Below, in pieces: positions 14,515 to 24,554 of a DNA stretch of 64,000 bases. Origin of the DNA: Macrostomum hystrix (lineage: Eukaryota > Animalia > Platyhelminthes). Numbering within the stretch: the stretch's first letter is position 1; each line of letters begins with the position of its first letter. Under the pieces are notes generated by a model that saw only the letters and a program-made list of their open reading frames with translations, was not told the origin of the DNA and made no database searches. The DNA is taken from assembly GCA_950097015.1 (NCBI GenBank), contig CATNEN010000015.1, positions 1,488,001 to 1,552,000 of the forward strand. Reading direction: 5' to 3'. The translations under genes were made by a program, and so were the position numbers.

Positions 14515-17500
14515 GAGTAAGTAAGTAAGTAAGTGTAAGTAAACAAGACATCTTAGTCAGTAGGCAGAAGTGCAGCGGACTATCAAAGGCCCATCCAGTG
14601 ATCAACCCAGAAAAGTGCTGCACTGGAGGCATATTTCATATTTGATGCCAGTAAACGAGGGTCATAAATTAAGTCGTTGCGGCCGCCAACAGACCGGGAA
14701 ATACACCAAGCAGGGAGAAAGAGGAAATCAGCAGGTTGGCTATGGGAGTATGGAAATTATCCCTCGCCAAAAAGTTAGTCAATTCCAGATTGCAGCTCAG
14801 GACTTGGGGCTATGAGATGTGGCAGTTTTTATTTTCATATTTGCCGCTTAATTAAAGCTGTGAGACTGCACGGGGTGGGTGTGCCGCGCGAGTAAATGGC
14901 TTTTTGCTACTCACATGAGCACGCTGAGTTCATTTCATGCTCAGAATAGAGCCTTGGGGGTGTTACGCCGGGTTCATGGGGAAATGAATATCTAATGTTG
15001 AGTTTCTAGGAAAAGGGGGTATTCCAGGAATAGCAAGCTGGCAGGGAAACTGCAGCTAGAAAAACTAAATTCGATATTATTAGAGACAGGCTGGCTGAGA
15101 AATTGGCTTCACCAAAATCACATGCAATCAAAAGCTGATTGAAAATCAATTATTTTTACCGCTTCATTCATCTGCGCTTGGATTTCTGGGAGTAATATGA
15201 CCGATTAATAAGCTTGATTGGGATTAGAAACCAACCAAGGAAAATACCAAATTCTTGATTTTAATGCTCAAATAGGAAAGTGCACCTACTAGATCTACCT
15301 ACTCAATCTAACTACTCAATCTACCTACTCAATCTACCTTCTCAATCTACCTTCTCAAACTACCTACTCAATCTACCTACTCAATCTACCTTCTCAATCT
15401 ACCTACTCAATCTACCTTCTCAACCTACCTACTCAATCTACCTACTCAATCTACCTTCTCAATCTACCTTCTCAATCTACCTTCTCAACCTACTTACTCA
15501 ATCTACCTTCTCAATCTACCTTCTCAACCTACTTACTCAATCTACCTTCTCAATCTACCTTCTCAACCTACCTACTCAATCTACCTTCTCAATCTACCTA
15601 CTCAATCTACCTACTCAACCTACTTACTCAATCTACCTTCTCAATCTACCTACTCAATCTACCTACTCAATCTACCTTGTCAATCTATCTTCTCAATCTA
15701 CCTACTCAATCTACCTAATCAACCTACCTTCTCAACCTACTTACTCAATCTACCTACTCAATCTACCTGCTCAATCTACCTGCTCAATCTACCTACTCAA
15801 TCTACCTACTTAATCTATCGACTTTATTTATCCATCAATCTTACCAAGCAGCAATCACTCAATCCAGTGATTTACAGCCTCCCAGTGTCTCTGAGTTCCA
15901 CTGAGTCACAGCAGTTAAATTGAACTGCTTTCGCGTCAGATCCAATGGGGATAAGGAGTTAGATGTGGTCGGGTTTTTTAAAAGAGCGAAAGTCGGCGAC
16001 TTTGGAATCGCTGCACAAAGGGGAAATTTTGGGGGACGGGGGAAGGCACGGGGCTCACAGTGGGAGACTATCCCTTCCAAGGTCTATTTTCCTCATTTAG
16101 TCCATGAGACCTGCTCAGCCACTGTCCCTGGGTACTCTCTGCAGATCTCTCTTTCCTTAACAGCCCAGCTGCTCTGTCCAACCTCCATCAACAGACCTGG
16201 CGCTGACAAGCTCAGAGTCCCCAGTTTTGAGGCTGCTTTGTGAGGCCTCCAAGGGCCGTACAACTCGCATTGCTTCAGTCTTTTGACTTGGTCACCACTG
16301 AGTTAGCTTTCACAGGTGTATCTGCGCAACTCTACTTTCAAAACCTACTTATTCGTTTTTAAGGCCAGCTCATTTATCTTCTCAAACTTAATCTTAAACC
16401 CGATTCTCTAAAACTACTAGAGAAGATTCATTTCTAGCGCTCTCAACTCATCCCTGTTCCCATTTCTCACACACTCAACTCATCCCTGTTCCCATTTCTC
16501 ACACTCTCAACTCATCCCAGTTCCCATTTCTCATACACTCAACTCATCCCAGTTCTCATTTCTCACACTCTCAACTCATCCCAGTTCCCATTTCTCACAC
16601 TCTCAACTCATCCCAGTTCCCATTTCTCACACTCTCAACTCATCCCAGTTCCCATTTCTCACACTCTCAACTCATCCCAGTTCTCATTTCTCACACTCTC
16701 AACTCATCCCAGTTCCCATTTCTCACACTCTCAACTCATCCCAGTTCCCATTTCTCACACTCTCAACTCATCCCAGTTCTCATTTCTCACACTCTCAACT
16801 CATCCCAGTTCCCATTTCTCACACTCTCAACTCATCCCAGTTCCCATTTCTCACACTCTCAACTCATCCCAGTTCCCATTTCTCACACTCTCAACTCATC
16901 CCTGTTCCCATTTCTCACACTCTCAACTCATCCCAGTTCCCATTTCTCATACACTCAACTCATCCCAGTTCTCATTTCTCACACTCTCAACTCATCCCAG
17001 TTCCCATTTCTCACACTCTCAACTCATCCCAGTTCCCATTTCTCACACTCTCAACTCATCCCAGTTCCCATTTCTCACACTCTCAACTCATCCCAGTTCC
17101 CATTTCTCACACTCTCAACTCATCCCAGTTCCCATTTCTCACACTCTCAACTCATCCCAGTTCTCATTTCTCACACTCTCAACTCATCCCAGTTCCCATT
17201 TCTCACACTTTCAACTCATCCCAGTTCTCATTTCTCATACTCAACTCATCCCAGTTCCCATTTCTCACACTCAACTCATCCCAGTTCCCATTTCTCACAC
17301 TCTCAACTCATCCCAGTTCTCTAGTTGGCACCTGAGATAATCCAGGTAAGATAATCCAATCTTCTTACCCAAACCGACTCAATCTCAAGGTTTTGAGTAG
17401 GCTTACTCAACATACTGAAAGTCCTTCCCCCAAACCGACTCAATCTACCGCAAAAACCTACTCAATCTTCACCCAAACCTACTCAATCTCAACCCCAAAC

Positions 17501-20500
17501 CTACTCAATCTCCATCTCCAAAACCTACTCAATCTCCATCTCCAAAACCTACTCAATCTCCATCCTACTCAATCTCCATCCTTACTCAATCTCCATCCTA
17601 CTCAATCTCCATCCTACTCAATCTCCATCCTTACTCAATCTCCATTCTACTCAATCTCCATCCTTACTCAATCTCCATCCTACTCAATCTCCATCCTACT
17701 CAATCTCCATCCTACTCAATCTCCATCCTTACTCAATCTCCATCCTACTCAATCTCCATCCTACTCAATCTCCATCCTTACCCAATCTCCATCCTACTCA
17801 ATCTCCATCCTACTCAATCTCCATCCTACTCAATCTCCATCCTACTTAATCTCCATCCTATTCAATCTCTCGCAGCATCCTACAACTCGCATCAGTTATT
17901 GAATTCCAGCAGCAAATTGCTGTCAGTTTCCCAGCCTAATGATCGGCAGTTTTGTCACCGGTAGCCATCGGTGAGCTCTGCGGTAACAGCGGGCCGATGA
18001 AAGCCATCAGAATTGGCGCAAATGTTTATCAGTTGGGCTGCAGGCTTCGCCGGTGGCGCCAATCACACGAAGCCACGCTGTCTCATGAGACACGAAAGAC
18101 TGGTGCCGCTCGTTAGTACTGACCAGCGGCTCGCCCATTCCCCATGGTGTGACGGGGGACTTTATTTTTGTTATTTTTTATTATCTGCCCAGTCCAGACT
18201 GAAACACAGCCTAGTGAGAGCTGCTCAGAATCTGCCTGAGTACTTCGCGTATTGTGTGGGCTTTTTTTAAATAGAAATTTGCATTTTTGCTGGCCCCAAG
18301 GAAGGCTGCCTGGCTGGCTTTGGTATCTGGGCGAAGCTCGCTGTGTGGCTCGACTCAGTGCTCAAACTGCATGGCAGAGCGCTTTGAGTTCGGAGACTTT
18401 TTTGAGACAACGGACAGTTTTGGAATTTTAAAATATTAGAATATTCATACAGAGATTTCTTCATTTTTGCGATATTTCATACAACTTCGAAACATTTCTA
18501 AGAAACGTGAAACGCGCGAAATTAAAAGTCCGAAAGTTTTCTTAGAATTCCGGGAATATTTCATTGACATTCGTTAATTTTCTTAGAAATTCTAGGCCTT
18601 CGTTTTTGGACTTTGAGCTGTTCAGAAATTTCTATTTTTTTCGTGATTAGTCAAAAATTATTAATTTCTCACCTTTGAGCTGGCGGTCACGTGCACCGTG
18701 GTGTGAAACTTCGGTCCCACCTGCAAGCTCTGGTCCAGATTCACCAAGAGAGGCTCAAAGGGCGAGTGGATGATCACCGTCACGCCGACGAAGCCCTCAT
18801 TGGGCAGCAGATAGTCATAGCCCTGCGGATCCAGCAGAATCTTCACCGAGGTGGCGTCTGCAAATTTTCAGCGTTCTTTTTGTTCGGTTTATCTTGTTCT
18901 GGCTGTTTTTCCGTTCTAGATGTCTGTCTGTCTGTTCTCTGTCTGTCTGTTCTAGATGCCTGTCTGTTCTAGATGCCTGTCTGTTCTAGATGTCTGTCTG
19001 TTCTAGGTGTGTGTCTGTCTGTTCTAGATGCCTCACCTGAGCTCTCTCTCTCCCTGAGTCCGTGGGCCTGCAGAGCTGCCGGGCTGCGCGGTGAGTCCGG
19101 GTGGAGCGTGTAGCAGCGCCCCATGAGTGAGGTCGAGTGTTCAAAATTGTACTCGTCACATTTTCGCTTGTTGCTGAACTGACAACTGGAGAGAATAGAA
19201 ATCAAGCTGATGATTTATATGGATTATAATTGCAGAGGAGCTGCGGGCAATGACATCATTATGCCCATTTGATATGCCAATTCTGCCCATTTCGCTGACT
19301 CCTGAGCACACGTGCACATCTGCCCTGACTTTCTCATCGTCAGGCAGTGTAACACTCGCACTGTGCGCACATCTGCCCTGACTTTCTCATCGTCAGGCAG
19401 TGTAACACTCGCACTGTGCGCACATCTGCCCTGACTTTCTCATCGTCAGGCAGTGTAGCACTCGCACTGTGCGCACATCTGCCCTGACTTTCTCATCGTC
19501 AGGCAGTGCAGCACTCGCACTGTGCGCACATCTGCCCTGACTTTCTCATCGTCAGGCAGTGTAGCACTCGCACTGTGCGCACATCTGCCCTGACTTTCTC
19601 ATCGTCAGGCAGTGTAGCACTCGCACTGTGCGCACATCTGCCCTGACTTTCTCATCGTCAGGCAGTGTAACACTCGCACTGTGCGCACATCTGCCCTGAC
19701 TTTCTCATCGTCAGGCAGTGTAGCACTCGCACTGTGCCTTGGAGGTTCGCCCTCCAAGTCTTCTCTCCGCTGCTGCGCCCCAAATTAATGGAGGCCTCGC
19801 CGCGGAATCGAGCTCAGGGACCTTGGCGCAATAGGCAAACGCGTTAAACGGTCTGCCACTCACCCCGTCGTGCTGATGATACGAATAGTTGCAATCATCA
19901 TATTTAATTGCAGGCACATCATCTGGTGACAGTCGACCCGCAGCCAGCGAGGAGGCAACCCGCTGACTCCTGAGCACACACAAATACACACGCACTACAT
20001 ATTCTGTACTCGGGATTGGCCCAGACAGTTCTGACCGGAAAAATATCGCGGATTGCTATTGGTTTATAATTTCGGTCAGCAGCTTCGGGTGGAGCGGAGT
20101 GACCTTAAGTGTCACAACAGATCGATTTTTCCCTTTGCCAAGTTTCCGCCTAAGTCCAGCTTGTTCTAGTGAGCAGCCGGGGTGGCAGTTCACACCTCTA
20201 AGTAGTTGAAAACTGACTGTGAAAGCAGCAATAATGCTTTGAGGCCTAGGAAGAGCTCTCCACCTTCCACCTGCCAGGAAGTCGCGGCTTCCCCAGCCAA
20301 CGCGAGGAACTTAGCAGAACCGAAGAGCCAAGAAAGAGAAGACGACATTTTTGGAGAGAAAGGCGAGGCAGCTCAGCCTCCGCGAGGGACTCTTTATGGC
20401 CCGCCGCGGCACTTCACACCCAGCTGGCCCAGACCGGCGGTGTGAATGTGATGAAGTGAAGAAGCCGCGCCCGGCCTCCTTAAGTGGGAAATGAGGGGCG

Positions 20501-22524
20501 GCGACTGGCTGCCCGGGCAAGGGGGGACACTTCCCAGCTTCTCCTAGTAGAAATTTCCCCTAGGGAAGTTATCGGCAGCAAGGTGAAGGCAGCAAAAAAC
20601 CCAGCCGGGCGCTTCCGGTCCGGTCTATTTTGAGCATTCTCGGCGCCCCAACTCACCCTTTGAGCATGTCGGCAATGGTGTGGCCGGTGCTCTCGAAGAT
20701 CACCTTGATGGGGATGTGGCTGGACATTGTGATGGACTTGTGCTGAATGAAGTCCACCAGACTCTCGTAGGCGTTGCTCACATTGTACTGGGCCGTGTTC
20801 AGCTTAACCAGCTCTGAGCCCCTGTGGAATCGGAGCATGTCAGTGTTGAGGCTACTTTCAAAGAAAAAAATAGTAATAATTTCAGGAGGGCTGCGGGCAC
20901 TGCCACATAGTTTGGTGCAGCCAGCGAGGAGGCAATTCTGCCCATTTCGCTGACTCCTGAGCACACACGCACTCAGGTGTGTGCATCTGTCTTGACCTCT
21001 TCATCGTCCAGCAATGGACACGCTCACTGTGGCTAGTAGGTTGGCGCTAACGAGCGTAAATTGCACGACAAGCCGCCAAGCCTTCTCTCCGTGGCTGCGC
21101 CCCAAATAAATGAGGCCTGGCCGTAGAATCGAGCTCAGGGACCTTGCTGCGGGAGGCGAACACGTTAGACCACCCTGCCGGGGGGGTCGGTGGCAGAGCG
21201 ATTAACGCGTCTGCCTCTCGCACCACGGTCCCTAAGTTCGATTCAACGGCGAGGCCACATTTATTTGGAACGCAGCCGCGGAGAGAAGCCCTGGCGGCTT
21301 GTCGTGCAATTTACGCTCGTTAGCGCAACCTCCAAGGCACAGTGAAAGTGTACACTGCCTGACGATGAGAAAGTCAGGTCAGATGTACACACTTGTGTGA
21401 GCGTGTGCCTGCGAAAAGTATCTGTGTGCGTGTGTGCTCAGGAGTCAGCGAAATGGGCAGAATTGCCTCCTCGCTGGCTGCGGATCTAGTGTCACTAAAT
21501 GATGTGCCATTGCCCGCAGCCCTCCTGCAATTGTTATTATTATTATTATTAGACCACCCTGCCACTCACCCCCCTCTACTTTGAGCTTCAGTAGTCTGCA
21601 ATTCATTCCTTTAGAAACGGAACAACAATAAAATGGACCTTTCCTAGACAAGCTTCGGTATTGAAGCGAGTCTGACCTGATCTTCTCTGTTTGCTAACTC
21701 ATTCCGGAAACTTTGCTTTGCGCTCCGACAGCTGACAGACTTGAGAAGGTACTGGCTGGGGAGATCGCAGCAGTCAGTCAGGAATCGACTGGGCGCCAAA
21801 TGACTCACCAAGCATTCAGTATCCAAGTCTTCAACCTACAACTCCGCGACCGGTCATTCCTGTTTATAAGCAAATGCTGCTGCTGCTGCTGCTGCTGTGC
21901 ATATTCTCTATCCCCGGAAATTAACTGTCCCGGCCCTTCCAGCCGCTTCCAGGCGCTGTCAGCCAACCCCAGCCCCTCTGCCCGCGCCCCGCCTCTCTGG
22001 CAGGCGCAGTGCAAACACCTGAGCCTAATTAGATTATTACCATTGCCAATCAATCAATGGCACCCTAAGTCCACACTGTCTAACCCCACTCTCCCTGCCT
22101 CTCCTCTGCCTCACTATCCGACCCAGCAGAGCCAAGTTTCGACCCCTCAGGTCCACTCCGGGCAGCTCCAGTGTAGCAATTTCACCTCGGCCTGCCGCTT
22201 TCCCCGCAGAAGTCTTACTTTGCCGGGTTGATGTTGCACAGGGTGACTGCGGGGAATTCGGGCTCTTCAGCTGTTGAACTGGCCTCCGCTGCCGCAGCCG
22301 CCGCCGCCGCAGCCGCTGATGCCATCGAAGACGCTGTAGCTGAAGATCCCGACTGTGAGGAGGAGGACAGAAGTGAGGCTGCGGCTGCTGAGGCCAACGA
22401 AGCTGCGGCGGCTGTTGAGGTGCCCTGGCTGGCGGCGCCGTCGGCGGGGTCTGTTAGCACCATCTCGACCAGGCGGAACACTGTGTAAGCTGCGGCCACG
22501 GACCAGACTAGAACCACTGCCGCT
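1..22524 (-). CDS. DEG/ENaC (ASIC-like, amiloride-sensitive) cation channel, multi-exon, 3' end (TM2) outside the window. Exons 22524-22219, 20854-20657, 19185-19037, 18857-18673, 10243-10144, 6438-6376, 6325-5488, (3146-3135?), 1112-835, 32-<1
   Basis: Family motifs appear in the expected order: TM1, then [11 protein letters not shown]; [13 protein letters not shown]; MGRCYTL; LLDPQGYDY...[12 protein letters not shown]...VGP; the thumb Cys ladder C-C-C-CxC-C-C-CxCxxxCxExxY; then the NLLKSFVALTV beta strand. All junctions are GT-AG and phase-compatible except 5488 to 1112, which is unresolved. Confidence 0.92.
541..806. repeat. (TCTG)n microsatellite
   Basis: Read directly. Confidence 0.98.
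835..1112 (-). CDS. DEG/ENaC exon, low complexity with poly-Gln, ends KNLLK
   Basis: Acceptor tgtctcag|, donor AG|gtgaaa (phase 2). Joins the exon at 32 to give [15 protein letters not shown]. Confidence 0.7.
1285..1733. repeat. 45-bp minisatellite, about 10 copies
   Basis: Unit GATTGTTTCACCTGTTTGGAGAGAGGCTAAACCTGTTGGACAGGT. Confidence 0.98.
1767..1830. repeat. 64-bp segment bounded by the 11-bp inverted repeat TGTCTATGGCC…GGCCATAGACA
   Basis: Read directly. Same terminal octamer as the 49542 hairpin. Confidence 0.55.
2172..2556. repeat. degenerate GA-rich minisatellite (core GGGATGGGAGAAATGAA)
   Basis: Read directly. Confidence 0.9.
3135..3146 (-). CDS. candidate 12-nt micro-exon (EPIK) of the DEG/ENaC gene
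   Basis: A pyrimidine tract and tgcag| precede GAGCCAATCAAG, followed by |gtaagc. A phase-0 end would match the CAG acceptor at 1112. Confidence 0.35.
3717..4197. mobile_element. fold-back/MITE-like element with about 120-135-bp imperfect TIRs
   Basis: 3717-~3852 matches the reverse complement of ~4081-4197 (CTAGAAGAAG..GACGGG.CACTTCGTT, GATAGGAACTCTTC). Interior has TTTCACAT repeats. Confidence 0.7.
5488..6325 (-). CDS. DEG/ENaC large exon: end of thumb ([12 protein letters not shown]) plus long helical insertion
   Basis: Open frame of 282 codons with GC3-rich codon use. A 50-nt upstream intron ending gaaag| gives phase 1 (acceptor choice inferred). Donor AA|gtgagt. Confidence 0.85.
6376..6438 (-). 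CDS. DEG/ENaC exon ([21 protein letters not shown])
   Basis: Acceptor aatcgcag|AC, donor G|gtgagt, phase 1 to 1. Confidence 0.82.
6520..6705. repeat. (AACC)n microsatellite
   Basis: Read directly. Confidence 0.95.
7449..8572. repeat. 18-bp minisatellite (GAGATGAGACTAGAGGAT and variants)
   Basis: Read directly. Source of the spurious MRLEDE and SSSLI ORFs. Confidence 0.97.
9162..9606. repeat. 22-23-bp minisatellite (GAGAGAGATTAGAGACAGGTGAG variants)
   Basis: Read directly. Confidence 0.95.
10144..10243 (-). CDS. DEG/ENaC exon (thumb: [29 protein letters not shown])
   Basis: Acceptor cttcggccctcgcag|GTG, donor G|gtgagc, phase 0 to 1. Cys spacing matches the thumb domain. Confidence 0.85.
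10325..13712. repeat. 3.4-kb array of 16/18-bp units (GGGAGAACAGTAGAGT, GGGAGAATGAGAGTGT) with block duplications
   Basis: Read directly. The block beginning GGATAATGAG recurs at 10421 and 12983. Confidence 0.98.
14078..14540. repeat. (TAAG)n microsatellite
   Basis: Read directly. Confidence 0.98.
15287..15812. repeat. 13-bp-type minisatellite (CTACCTACTCAAT variants)
   Basis: Read directly. Confidence 0.95.
16438..17320. repeat. 32-bp minisatellite, about 28 copies
   Basis: Unit CTCAACTCATCCCAGTTCCCATTTCTCACACT. Confidence 0.98.
17440..17866. repeat. 16-17-bp minisatellite (CTACTCAATCTCCATC)
   Basis: Read directly. Confidence 0.95.
18673..18857 (-). CDS. DEG/ENaC exon (beta-ball/palm; [12 protein letters not shown])
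   Basis: Acceptor tttgcag|AC, donor AAG|gtgaga, phase 1 to 0. Confidence 0.9.
18913..19032. repeat. TGTCTGTTCTAGATGCC-type short array abutting a splice donor
   Basis: Read directly. Confidence 0.9.
19037..19185 (-). CDS. DEG/ENaC exon (CQFSNKRKC...MGRCYTLHP)
   Basis: Acceptor ttctctccag|T, donor G|gtgagg, phase 2 to 1. Contains the GxCYT motif. Confidence 0.9.
19223..19866 (-). mobile_element. SINE copy with an internal 53-bp unit amplified 8 times
   Basis: tRNA-like head at about 19790-19866, shared body (CTGACTCCTGAGCACAC, GCCCATTTCG) and an ATT-type tail. Confidence 0.85.
19314..19737. repeat. 53-bp tandem repeat, 8 copies, inside a SINE
   Basis: Units start at 19314, 19367, 19420 … 19685. 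Confidence 0.97.
19903..19995 (-). mobile_element. 3' fragment of the same SINE
   Basis: GCAGCCAGCGAGGAGGCAA…CGCTGACTCCTGAGCACACAC is shared with the other copies. Confidence 0.7.
20657..20854 (-). CDS. DEG/ENaC exon (finger region, ends [10 protein letters not shown])
   Basis: Acceptor tttctttgaaag|T, donor GG|gtgagt, phase 2 to 2. Joins the next exon to give DMLKGCQF. Confidence 0.88.
20871..21572 (-). mobile_element. SINE copy of the same family, interrupted in its head by the 21180-21548 copy
   Basis: Reverse-complement match to the body and tail over 20871-21179. The 5' head GGGGTGAGTGGCAG resumes after the TSD at 21564-21572. Confidence 0.85.
21180..21548 (+). mobile_element. tRNA-derived SINE, full-length copy with 15-bp TSD
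   Basis: A-box-like TGGCAGAGCG, B-box GTTCGATTC (21236-21244) and a (TTA)n tail. Flanked by TTAGACCACCCTGCC at 21165-21179 and 21549-21563. Confidence 0.88.
22219..22524 (-). CDS. DEG/ENaC exon: TM1, Ala/Ser-rich linker, [11 protein letters not shown]
   Basis: Acceptor ccaacag|A, donor AA|gtaaga, phase 2 to 2. Translation [21 protein letters not shown]...[13 protein letters not shown]. Confidence 0.9.
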
Positions 22525-22559
22525 CTGTTGGCGGATAAGATGGGGTGGTGTGAGTCGGG

Positions 22560-22728
22560 CGTTAGGGTGAGGTGTAGTGAAGATGAGGTTGAGTGAGGAT
22601 GATGTAGAGTAAGGGTGAGGTGGAGTGAGGGCGAGGTGGAGTGAGGATGAGGTGGAGTGAGGACGAGGTTGAGTGAGGATGATGTGGAGTGAGGATGAGG
22701 TGGAGTGAGGATGAGGTGGAGTGAGGGG
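22560..22728. repeat. GAGTGAGGATGAGGTG-type minisatellite
   Basis: Read directly. Confidence 0.9.
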
Positions 22729-24554
22729 CAGTTCACTGATCCTCCTGTCAGTGAGCTATTTTCTTCTCGCCGAGATTTCTAGGGCGAGGGAAAACAGAGC
22801 AGAGAGGGCGGGACAGTCGGCGTCCGGGTCTGGGAGGGCTGCTCTCGTCACGCGGCCTCCTTGGGTCGAGTCAGTTTCCATTTCCTGGGCATTGTCAGTG
22901 TTGGCAGGGCAGCTGGCCTCACTCTGATTAACTCCTTCCTGTCGAATCCGCACCACTTCGGCCTCCCTGACTCTTCGGGAGCCAACAATCCGTTCTTCCC
23001 CCTATTTCAGTGTCTCATTCAAAGCCCTTTTTTATTGTACGCATGCTATGGGATGTCTACTGCTTGGATTTGCTCGATGAACAATCGGTGCTTCCTCGAA
23101 GCCTTGAAGAATCGTGTTTAAAAGGCCACAGCGGGTTGTTCTGTCGGAAGCAAGTTGTTTCCGCAGGTAATGTCACGGATTGCTTATTTTTATTTCAACC
23201 TTTCATTTATCCGATCTGCCTCGAATCTCCGATTCAAGAGAACAAGTTGCCAAAGTCCTCAGGTTTCTGCGGTTGTCCGAAGCTTCGAGTGTAAGACGAT
23301 CTGGGACGGTTGGGAGATAAACTGCCCGAATGATGACGCATTCCTGCCGATCCCCTGCCGGAGATCTCAAACTGCGTCTCAAACTGGACGGAAATAGGAC
23401 CAGCCAGGTGTTTCTGGGTGTTTACTCAGTTCGCCGGCTCTTTCAACCTGGATTAGCTGGTCACCTGGGCAAGTTCAAATTGCTGGGCCAGCGAGAAAAT
23501 GAATCCCTCCCTTTTAGTCGGTGTTTTGCTGTAACAATGTCCTTGCATGTCATGGCATCTTCTGTGGGTGCTAAATATAACTGCAGACTCTCACGACACG
23601 CGCACAAATGAGTTGTAAATAAGTTCAAAGTTTCTGAACAAAATGACCCTTGTTACTGATCCCAGGTGCAACAAGTCTCGCATAATTTTACCGACTAAAC
23701 AGAGTTCATTGGATTTTAACTCTTTCTCAACCCAATCGAAACAATCTGGGCCCTTTATTCCCTGTAAAACGGGTAGCAGCAATGGCTGGGGTAAGCATTA
23801 GCTGGGTAGGTGTGGTAGCCTCCCCACTCCCTGTGGTAGCTAAGGCTGTGACACTGGCTATAACTAATGTTATTGTTTTCTATTTATTACCAAATATAGA
23901 TACTTCCCTAGTGAGATTCGGGTGACTCATGCTGTAGAGAAAATAAAATCAACGAGCCGTACTTCGCGCAGGTGCTCGTCGTGGGCGAAAACAAACCTGC
24001 CCGATTCCTCTACAACCCCATTGTTAATTGGGCCGCATTGAGCCAACAGATAATTCAAATGCGGTGGAACAACCCATAGCCTCCCATTGCGTATTTGTTC
24101 AGCTACTGAGAAAAACTGCATAAACTGCCACACTTTGTTCAGCCTGGAATTCCTGGCGTCTCCGTGCAGATTTCCGCGGAGCTAAATCGGGCACTGAAGG
24201 ACGGGTCACGCCGGCTTCTCTGACTGTCTTTGTCCCCCGTTTCCTTAATCGCAGACATGCCCACCTGCAGTTTGCCGACCATAATACCTGCGCACTGAGT
24301 TCGGGTCACGCCCTGTCGCCGTGGAGACAATGCTGCATGGCAGCGAAGGCTCACGTGTCTAGTCAGGCATGACCAATTATGGAAATTAGCATTTTAAGCC
24401 TCTCGGAAAGAGTCCGTACGCGATAGTTGCCCCACCTTACGGCTAAGCGGTAGGACCGAAGCTTATCCAAAGTTCTGGATGCAAAACATTTCGCACAGCA
24501 ACTATGCCCCATTGAAGTATAGAAAAACAACCGTACCATACAATCGATTACGCC

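Noticed and set aside
15859-16320. Possible 3' end of a CR1/L2-like LINE (…[14 protein letters not shown]…, then AATAAA and a simple-repeat tail on minus)
   Set aside because: The similarity is a few residues judged by eye and no RT motifs are visible. It needs a tblastn/Dfam search.
21186-21256. Possible tRNA gene
   Set aside because: A/B boxes are present but I could not form a full cloverleaf, and it continues into a repeated body and tail with a TSD, so it is a SINE head.
22228-22570. Ala/Glu-rich + strand ORFs
   Set aside because: They are antisense shadows of the GC-rich TM1 exon.
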